Positions 9,275 through 15,999 of a stretch of DNA of 64,000 bases are shown in pieces. The notes beneath the pieces are model-generated. The model saw only the letters and a list, made by a program, of their open reading frames with translations. It searched no databases and was not told the DNA's origin. This DNA is from Vulcanimicrobiota bacterium (GTDB lineage: Bacteria > Vulcanimicrobiota > Xenobia > Xenobiales > JADMJV01), in the NCBI GenBank assembly GCA_050250895.1, contig JBFWNU010000001.1, positions 648,008-712,007 of the forward strand, in the 5' to 3' direction. The first letter of the stretch is position 1; the number at the start of each line of letters is the position of its first letter. The position numbers and the translations under genes are program-made.

Positions 9275-10459
9275 TTGATCAGAGGAACCTGCTTGAGGTT
9301 CGAAGTGGACTGGATTTCCCTTTTGTCACGCCGCCCCCGCCTCCAAGACTGCCTGGAGGAAGTCCTCTCTGTCTCGCCCCCCCGGGGCCGGCCAGATCTG
9401 GCCATCGTCTTTGCCACCTCGGCCTTTCGGGATGACTTTGCCCTGATCGGCCAGGTGCAAGACCGACTGGGAGCGCCGGTCATGATCGGCTGCTCGGCCG
9501 ACGGTGTCATCGGCGCCGGACTCGAAATCGAGGGTGGCCCGGCTCTGAGCTTGAACCTGGGCTGGTTGCCCGGTGCCGAAGTGCGTAGCTTCCGGGTGGC
9601 CGACGGCAGCAACCTTCCCGGTCCCGACGATCCCCCCGAAGCCTGGCAAGACATGATCGGATTCGACCGCTCCGCCTCTCAAATCTTGTTGGTCGACCCC
9701 TTCTCGGACTTCATCTCCCATCTCTTATCGGGCCTCGACTTTGCCTTTCCCCGGGCGGTTCGCATCGGCGGCCTGGCCAGTGGAGCCCGCCAACCCGACG
9801 AAGTGGCCCTCTTCCTTGACGGCGACATCTGTCGCAACGGGGCCATCGGAGTGTCTCTGTCGGGACTGTCCATCAACTCGCTGGTAGCCCAGGGTTGCCG
9901 CCCCGTGGGCGCGCCCATGGTGATCACCGGATGCCAGGATACCAACGTCTATGAACTCGACCATCGCCCCGCCCTGCAACTACTGGCCTCGACCGTCGCA
10001 GCCCTTTCGCCCGATGACCGACTTTTGGCTCGCCACTCTCTCTTCGTGGGCCTGGCTACCGAGAGCCTGAGTTCGATCACGCCCGAAGACTTCCTCATTC
10101 GCAACATTCTCGGGGTTCATGCGCCCAGCGAGAGCATCGGCATTGCCGCCCCGACCCGACGCGGACAGATCCTGCAATTCCATCTCCGCGATGCCCGGGC
10201 CTCGACCCTCGATCTCGAGCGCGCTTTCTCGGGGCTGCAGCCCGAGAGCCTCAGCCAGGCCCGAGGGGCGCTGCTCTTTTCCTGTCTTGGTCGCGGTCAA
10301 GGTCTGTACGGACTGGCCAACCACGAATCCAACCTCTTCACCAGAATCATGCCCGATGTCCCGCTGGGTGGCTTTTTCTGCAACGGCGAGATCGGCCAGA
10401 TCGGCGGCTCGACCTACGTCCACGGATACACTTCATGTTTCGGTATCTTGTCCAACTGA
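9275..10459 (+). CDS. FIST N/C domain protein
   Basis: Motifs IGCSADGVIG, GGLASG, VAQGCRPVG, FSCLGRG, GFFCNGEIG and HGYT. Confidence 0.9.
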   Translation: MIRGTCLRFEVDWISLLSRRPRLQDCLEEVLSVSPPRGRPDLAIVFATSAFRDDFALIGQVQDRLGAPVMIGCSADGVIGAGLEIEGGPALSLNLGWLPGAEVRSFRVADGSNLPGPDDPPEAWQDMIGFDRSASQILLVDPFSDFISHLLSGLDFAFPRAVRIGGLASGARQPDEVALFLDGDICRNGAIGVSLSGLSINSLVAQGCRPVGAPMVITGCQDTNVYELDHRPALQLLASTVAALSPDDRLLARHSLFVGLATESLSSITPEDFLIRNILGVHAPSESIGIAAPTRRGQILQFHLRDARASTLDLERAFSGLQPESLSQARGALLFSCLGRGQGLYGLANHESNLFTRIMPDVPLGGFFCNGEIGQIGGSTYVHGYTSCFGILSN

Positions 10460-11439
10460 GTCTGCTGGCCTTGTTGGCCTGCTCGTCCCCACCCCATCCC
10501 ACGCCGTCAGCGGTGGCCACCACGCCCGTCAGGCCCGACCCTACTCCCCAGGCCACCCTGGCCCCGCCCGGCTTGAAGGTCGAGGTTCAGGGACCAGGGC
10601 AGGTCCTGGTCGAGTATTCCGGGGGACGTCTGGTCCGCAGCCTGACGCCGCTCGACTTTCCCAATCCACCCGCCACCGAACTCGAAGGCCCCAGCCCCTA
10701 TCTCGACCGGGAGGTCGCCTCGGGGGTGACCTATCAATATTCGCTCATCGACGGCGACCGGGTGCTCGAGAGTAGTCAGGTCCAGGTCCCGGCCACGTCC
10801 CTTCCGGCCTTGACCCACCCCCGGCTGGTGGTCGACAAAATCCACTACACGCTCTCGGTCTTCGACGGTCCCCAGCGGGTCAAACGCTATCCCTTCGTCA
10901 TGGGCGGAAAACCCCGCCAGCGCAAGCTCTGTCGCGACAATGCCTCCACGCCCGAGGGCATCTACACCATCTACAATCTGCAGCCTCAGGCCACCTTCTA
11001 TCGGGCCTACGACATCGACTATCCCAACCGGATCGACCACTTCCGTTACGGCTTTGCTCGGCGACACCTCGGCCTGGACGACCCCGGCATCGGTGGCGAG
11101 ATCCAGATCCACGGCTGTGGCCTCAACGGCAACTGGACGGCCGGCTGTATGGCCCTGCGCAACGCCGATATGGACGAGTTGTTCGCTCAGCCAGCTCTGG
11201 CCGCCGGCACCAGAGTCTGGATTACAGGCCACGAACTATCGCTGGCCGATCTCGAGGGCCTTTCCCAGGAGCAAAATCCCCAGCTGGTGCGCCAGCTGCA
11301 GAAAAAACTCGGACTCGAGCCCGACGGCCAGATGGGCCGGGCCACCCGCGAGGCCCTGGGACTCTATCAAAAGAAAGAGGGCTGGCCGGTCACGTGTCAG
11401 CTCGACCGCCGCAGCGCCGAGCGCTTGCTCAACCCCTAG
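10435..11439 (+). CDS. L,D-transpeptidase family lipoprotein with C-terminal peptidoglycan-binding domain
   Basis: Lipobox LLAC, TPEGIY, and catalytic IQIHG...WTAGC. C-terminal LQKKLGLEPDGQMGRAT. Confidence 0.85.
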   Translation: MFRYLVQLSLLALLACSSPPHPTPSAVATTPVRPDPTPQATLAPPGLKVEVQGPGQVLVEYSGGRLVRSLTPLDFPNPPATELEGPSPYLDREVASGVTYQYSLIDGDRVLESSQVQVPATSLPALTHPRLVVDKIHYTLSVFDGPQRVKRYPFVMGGKPRQRKLCRDNASTPEGIYTIYNLQPQATFYRAYDIDYPNRIDHFRYGFARRHLGLDDPGIGGEIQIHGCGLNGNWTAGCMALRNADMDELFAQPALAAGTRVWITGHELSLADLEGLSQEQNPQLVRQLQKKLGLEPDGQMGRATREALGLYQKKEGWPVTCQLDRRSAERLLNP

Positions 11440-12686
11440 ACCGTAACGTCCCAGCGCACCAGCTCGTGGTCGCTGCCCCCACCCTCGACCCTGTGCCGTC
11501 CCGAGGCCTGACTGCCGTGGCTGGTGTAAATCCGGTCGATCGAGTTGTCCGCATCGGGGTCGCTCCATCCCAGCGAGTCGGCTGAAGGATAGTGATGAAC
11601 GGGATTGTCCGGCAGCAGACCGCGCCAGCGAAAGTCGAGGTACCTTCCACCCGCCTTCGAATTGAAGTCACCCGCCACGATCGTGTGGTCGCCATAACCT
11701 TCGACGATATCTCCCAGGGTTTGATACTGGGTCACCCGGGCCTGTTGGTCGGCTTCGTCGCCGCCCGAGGTGAAGTGCGTACTGACGAAAGTCGCCTCTT
11801 GCCCACCGGCCTCGAAGCCCACCGCCAGAGCGGTGCGGTTCTCGTTGTCGGGGTCGTTGGCGCCGAGGTCGTGGCGACGCAGGCTGCCGGGCTCGATCTC
11901 GCCCTGGGCGTCGCGGCGCAACTGCGCCTCGGGACCCAGCAGCACGGCGTTGCCATAGGTGCCTGCGCCCGAATGGGCCAGGGACGAGCCAAAGACCACG
12001 GTGTAGTCGGTCTGCGCCCCGTCTTTTTCGATTTCGGCCGAGTAGACGGTGATGGGAGTGTCATTGCTGTCGTCAAAGGCTCGCCGGCCATTCTCGAGAT
12101 AGGGTTGACCGTGCTCGTCGTAACTCTCTTTGCTAACCACCAGGCTGGCACCGTTACTCTCATAGACGACGTGATCCGCGCCCTGGGCGACCCGCTCCAC
12201 CACCTGCTGCTCGCGGTGGTCGCCGAAGTCGGCCTCATACTGGGTGCGGTCATAGCGGACCGGGTCGTAGACGCGGTGGCCCTGCTCATCGACCACGGGT
12301 TGGCCGTGCTCGTCGAGACTGAACTTATCCACCGACTCAGCTTCGCTCCAGTTTGGCCCACTCTCGGCCCGAAAGACGTCCTTGAGGACCTCTTCATTGT
12401 AGTCCTGGCGGCCCGTGCGTTCCGCCCCCACGTCGACCTCTTGAAAAGCCACGACATCGAGACCCCCGCCGGTCACCTGCTCGGACACCTGCCGGGTAGT
12501 CTCGTCAAAGTGTTGGCGAGCCCCGGCGTTGCCGGCGCCCAGGTTGTAGGTGCCCACCTGGAGCCGGGCCGGCGGCGAGACCTCGGCCCGGTCGGCCGCA
12601 ACGGCTGCAGCGGGCCCCGGCGCCGGCTTGGGGTGTTTAGCCAGTCTGGTTTCGGCCCGGACCGGGCCAGCCTCTCGAATCAACAC
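11436..12686 (-). CDS. Endonuclease/exonuclease/phosphatase (EEP) family protein with large insertion
   Basis: Motifs VGTYNL, VAFQEVD, YGNAVL, STHF, IVAGDFN, IDRIY and SDH. Confidence 0.85.
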   Translation of the reverse strand: MLIREAGPVRAETRLAKHPKPAPGPAAAVAADRAEVSPPARLQVGTYNLGAGNAGARQHFDETTRQVSEQVTGGGLDVVAFQEVDVGAERTGRQDYNEEVLKDVFRAESGPNWSEAESVDKFSLDEHGQPVVDEQGHRVYDPVRYDRTQYEADFGDHREQQVVERVAQGADHVVYESNGASLVVSKESYDEHGQPYLENGRRAFDDSNDTPITVYSAEIEKDGAQTDYTVVFGSSLAHSGAGTYGNAVLLGPEAQLRRDAQGEIEPGSLRRHDLGANDPDNENRTALAVGFEAGGQEATFVSTHFTSGGDEADQQARVTQYQTLGDIVEGYGDHTIVAGDFNSKAGGRYLDFRWRGLLPDNPVHHYPSADSLGWSDPDADNSIDRIYTSHGSQASGRHRVEGGGSDHELVRWDVTV

Positions 12687-12857
12687 GCTTGCATTCTAAA
12701 GGCTCTGACCTGCCCAACGGCTGCCCAGATGGTGTCGACGTGAACAGCTCATTGCCGAAGCGTTAACTGGGGCGGGAAGAAGAGTGGGCGAGGGCGAAGG
12801 AATAAGATGTACGACTTGACGACGGGACTAGCCAAGTGATTCACAGGGGAGGTAGTT

Positions 12858-13886
12858 TTGAAGGTCTGCCTGGTTCTCACCCACCAATGCAATCTCGGTT
12901 GTAGCTACTGTTACGCGGGCGAAAAGTTCAAACGCACGATGAGCTACGAGTCGGGCCTCAAGAGTCTCGCTCTGGCTTTCTCGAAGGAAGGGCCTGTCGA
13001 AGTCTCGTTTTTTGGCGGCGAACCGATGATCGCCTTCGCTCAGATGGCCGCCCTCACCCGGGTGGCCCGCCGCTGGGCCGACCGCGCCGGTCGCCAACTG
13101 CGCTTCGCGGTCACCACCAATGCCACGATCCTCAACGAAAAGCACCTCAATTTCTTGCGCGACTACAACTTCTTTGTCGGCATTTCGGTGGACGGCGTCG
13201 AGGAAGAGCATGATCGCCATCGCCCCTTCGTGGGGGGACGAGGCTCCGGCGACCTGGTCTGGCGCAATCTCGAACGGGCCGCCCACTATCTCGACGATTT
13301 TCGGGTCTTGATGGTGGTCCGCCCCGACACCGTGGCCCGCCTGCCCGAAGCCATCGAGCGAATGTACCGCCTGGGCGTCTCGAAGGTTTCGCTCTTGCCC
13401 GAAACCGAAGCCGATTGGAGCGAGTCGCGCCATCTTCTCTCGGACGTCTACCAGCAACTGGCCCGTGTCTGCTACTTCTCGATGATGACCGACGAGCCCA
13501 TGTATATCAGCCCCTTCGCCGAACTGCATCCTCACCTTCGCAGCAACGGCAACGGCGGCGGTCGTGGTGGCTGCAACTTCGGCCGCGACGAGGTGGCCGT
13601 CTCGCCCGCCGGCAACTTCTACCCCTGCGCCCGTCTGGTCGGCCCCGATACTCGCCCCGAGGTGCGCATCGGCAATCTGGAGAACGGCTTTGACCTGGCC
13701 CGCATCGAAGAGCTCAACAGCTGTTCTGAGGCCAGCCTCTCCAAGTGCGGCAGCGGAGGCTGCAAGTGCCTGGCCCTGATGCCGGGCGATGTCGACTATC
13801 AGCTGGTCAACGTCAAGATGTTCACGGACGTCACCGGTGAGGCGTGCCGCGCCGCCGCAGCCTGCCTCGAAGAGGTGGCCGCGTGA
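12858..13886 (+). CDS. Radical SAM/SPASM(-twitch) enzyme, anSME-like; probable peptide/protein maturase
   Basis: CNLGCSYC (CxxxCxxC), FFGGEP, TTNAT and ISVDG. SPASM-type C-x12-G-x4-C (CNFGRDEVAVSPAGNFYPC) followed by further Cys. TTG start after a GGGGAGG RBS. Confidence 0.93.
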   Translation: MKVCLVLTHQCNLGCSYCYAGEKFKRTMSYESGLKSLALAFSKEGPVEVSFFGGEPMIAFAQMAALTRVARRWADRAGRQLRFAVTTNATILNEKHLNFLRDYNFFVGISVDGVEEEHDRHRPFVGGRGSGDLVWRNLERAAHYLDDFRVLMVVRPDTVARLPEAIERMYRLGVSKVSLLPETEADWSESRHLLSDVYQQLARVCYFSMMTDEPMYISPFAELHPHLRSNGNGGGRGGCNFGRDEVAVSPAGNFYPCARLVGPDTRPEVRIGNLENGFDLARIEELNSCSEASLSKCGSGGCKCLALMPGDVDYQLVNVKMFTDVTGEACRAAAACLEEVAA

Positions 13887-14209
13887 GCGAAGACAAAATC
13901 AAAAGGCGCCGCTTCCTGGCTGACGTGCTATTCGCTGGCGGCGGGCTGACCGCGGCTGCTTTCCTGGCCAAGGCCGGCTTTGACCGCGACCAACCCGACC
14001 AACTGCCCGGAGCGGTGGCCGTGCCCAACGACGGCCAAACGCCGACCTGCGAAGAGACCCCGAGCTGTGCGCCCACCCCCGACGATCCCAGCCTGGGCGG
14101 CGAACCGATGCCCCCCGAGCCCCCCATGCCCGGCCAAATGGCCCTGCCCCAGCAACCGCCCGAGGTCATCCCCGATGGTGACGTAGCCGCCCCCAGGGAG
14201 TGCAAATGA
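13883..14209 (+). CDS. Precursor/substrate paralogue P1 (twin-arginine leader + Pro-rich core), 108 aa
   Basis: GTG start overlaps the rSAM TGA (GTGA). Leader MSEDKIKRRRFLADVLFAGGGLTAAAFLAKA. Confidence 0.88.
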   Translation: MSEDKIKRRRFLADVLFAGGGLTAAAFLAKAGFDRDQPDQLPGAVAVPNDGQTPTCEETPSCAPTPDDPSLGGEPMPPEPPMPGQMALPQQPPEVIPDGDVAAPRECK

Positions 14210-14559
14210 GCGACGACAAGATCAAGAGACGCCGATTTCTAGCAGATGTGCTCTTCGCTGGCGGCGGACTGACGGCAGCGGCTTTTCTGGCCAAAGCCGG
14301 CCTGGACCGTCACGAGCCCAACCCCGGCGTAGCCGGCGACATGAAAATGCCCCAACCCGCCAACACTCCGGTGGCCTCGCCCACCTGCGAAGACCCCGAG
14401 ATCGAGGGCGACGTAGCCCTGCCCGAACCCGAGCAGACCCCCTGCGAAAAGCCGCCCCTCACGCCCCAAGACGAGCCCAACGTGGCCGGCGGCATGCGCC
14501 CGCCCCAACCCCCACCCGAGGCACTGCCCGGCCGAGTCGCCGTGCCCCGTGACCAATGA
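14206..14559 (+). CDS. Precursor/substrate paralogue P2, 117 aa
   Basis: ATGA overlap with the P1 stop and an AGGGAG RBS. Leader MSDDKIKRRRFLADVLFAGGGLTAAAFLAKA. Confidence 0.88.
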   Translation: MSDDKIKRRRFLADVLFAGGGLTAAAFLAKAGLDRHEPNPGVAGDMKMPQPANTPVASPTCEDPEIEGDVALPEPEQTPCEKPPLTPQDEPNVAGGMRPPQPPPEALPGRVAVPRDQ

Positions 14560-14891
14560 TGAGCAAAGGCAAGACTCGGCGCCGACGCTTTCTCGCCGAT
14601 CTGCTCTTTGCCGGCGGGACACTCACTGCCGTGGCCTTTCTGGCCAAGGTCGGGGGGACCGTCGACCCACCCACCCCGGCGGGACTGGCCGCAAAGCCCG
14701 CCGCCTCGCCGTCCTTCCAAGAGTGCCCCGAGACTCCAGCCCTGGAGACGCGGGAACCCATCCCGGGCCCCGGAGACCAGGGCACCATCAAAGTTGGCGG
14801 CATGGTCAAGCTGCCGCGCCAAACTGGCAAGGAAGTTCTTCCTGCTAATATCACAAGCAAGCCGGTGACAAGAAGCTATGAGCGAAGATAA
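14556..14891 (+). CDS. Precursor/substrate paralogue P3 (most divergent), 111 aa
   Basis: ATGA overlap with the P2 stop. Leader MMSKGKTRRRRFLADLLFAGGTLTAVAFLAKV. Confidence 0.82.
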   Translation: MMSKGKTRRRRFLADLLFAGGTLTAVAFLAKVGGTVDPPTPAGLAAKPAASPSFQECPETPALETREPIPGPGDQGTIKVGGMVKLPRQTGKEVLPANITSKPVTRSYERR

Positions 14892-15207
14892 GATCAAAAG
14901 GCGCAGATTTCTGGCCGACGTGCTGTTCGCGGGCGGTGGCCTGACGGCCGCAGCCTTTCTGGCCAAAGCCCAGTTCGGCCAACCCGACCCGCCCCTCGTC
15001 AAGCCATCGCCGCGGGAAACCCCCACTTGCGCCCACCCCCCCGAGCCAGACCTCCGGGTCAAAGGCGAGGTGGCGCCACCCCAACCAGCACCGCCAACCC
15101 AGCCCGAGCCGGCTGTGCCCGGCAAAATGAAAGCCCCCAACCCCAGGCCGATCGAGCTTCAGCTCGAGGGCGAGGTAGAGATGCCTGAACCGAGGGAGTG
15201 CAAATGA
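14878..15207 (+). CDS. Precursor/substrate paralogue P4, 109 aa
   Basis: Leader identical in amino acid sequence to P1. Overlaps the end of P3. Confidence 0.88.
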   Translation: MSEDKIKRRRFLADVLFAGGGLTAAAFLAKAQFGQPDPPLVKPSPRETPTCAHPPEPDLRVKGEVAPPQPAPPTQPEPAVPGKMKAPNPRPIELQLEGEVEMPEPRECK

Positions 15208-15527
15208 GCGAAGACAAGATCAAACGCCGCCGATTTCTAGCCGACATCCTGTTCGCCGGTGGAGGCCTGACGGCCGCGGCCTTTCTGGCCAAAGCCCAGT
15301 TCGGCCAAACCTCGCCGACCGACGTGCCTCAAACCTGCGAGACTCCCACCAGCTGCCAATCGCCCGACATCGACGGCAACGCCGTCCCCCCCGTCGAACC
15401 CCACCCCGCCGGCGCCGTCGCGCCCCCTCAGCCCGAAGAGCCCCAACTCGAGGGCAAGGTCGCCCAACCCGTCCAGATCAAAGGCGACGTGGCCGTGCCC
15501 GATGACAGGCTAGAGGGACGACGGTAG
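15204..15527 (+). CDS. Precursor/substrate paralogue P5, 107 aa
   Basis: ATGA overlap with the P4 stop. Leader MSEDKIKRRRFLADILFAGGGLTAAAFLAKA. Confidence 0.88.
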   Translation: MSEDKIKRRRFLADILFAGGGLTAAAFLAKAQFGQTSPTDVPQTCETPTSCQSPDIDGNAVPPVEPHPAGAVAPPQPEEPQLEGKVAQPVQIKGDVAVPDDRLEGRR

Positions 15528-15561
15528 ACGGTAGACGGTAGACGGTAGACGGTAGACGGTA
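15520..15561 (+). repeat. Tandem heptamer repeat (GACGGTA)x6
   Basis: Six perfect copies read directly. The P5 stop codon spans the junction of the first two units. Confidence 0.95.
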
Positions 15562-15693
15562 GAGAGCCGCATCTCGCTGCCGGCTCGCTGCCGGCTCTCT
15601 CCTGTTTCCCTGACGGCGCCCGGGCCCGCCCACTCGAAGCTGGTGAGTTCCCCTCTCGACGGCGAAGCCGCCCAGAATGACGACGCGAAGCGT

Positions 15694-15995
15694 CGAGTAC
15701 CTCAAAACTCGAGGTGAGCCCAGCGAACCTCGCTCCCCTCTCGCTGGCGAGCGCAAGCGAAGCCAGCGCTCCCCTCTCCGGGCGCAGCCCGGCTCCTCTC
15801 TCGCGAGCAAAGCGAGCGCTCCCTTCTCGACGGCGAAGCCGTCGCGAGTACCTCAAAACTCGAGGTGAGCCCAGCGAACCTCGCTCCCTTCTCGCTGGCG
15901 AGCGCAAGCGAAGCCAGCGCTCCCCTCTCCGGGCGCAGCCCGGCTCCTCTCTCGCGAGCAAAGCGAGCGCTCCCTTCTCGACGGCGAAGCCGTCG
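15694..15995. repeat. Tandem direct repeat, 2 x 151 bp, built from small hairpins joined by CTCCYYTCT linkers
   Basis: Units 15694-15844 and 15845-15995 differ at one position. A partial copy lies at about 15650-15670. Confidence 0.92.
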
Positions 15996-15999
15996 CCCG

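Noticed and set aside
12858-13886. Anaerobic sulfatase maturase (anSME) function
   Set aside because: No sulfatase (C/SxPxR) gene is nearby. The enzyme is translationally coupled to the small-protein array instead.
13883-15527. Precursors as lipoproteins, or as known spliceotide/triceptide substrates
   Set aside because: There is no lipobox Cys at the end of the h-region, no XYG motif, and no Trp or recurring aromatic-x-x motif in the cores.
15694-15995. Possible CRISPR array
   Set aside because: Only two 151-bp near-identical units with no unique spacers, and no cas genes in the window.
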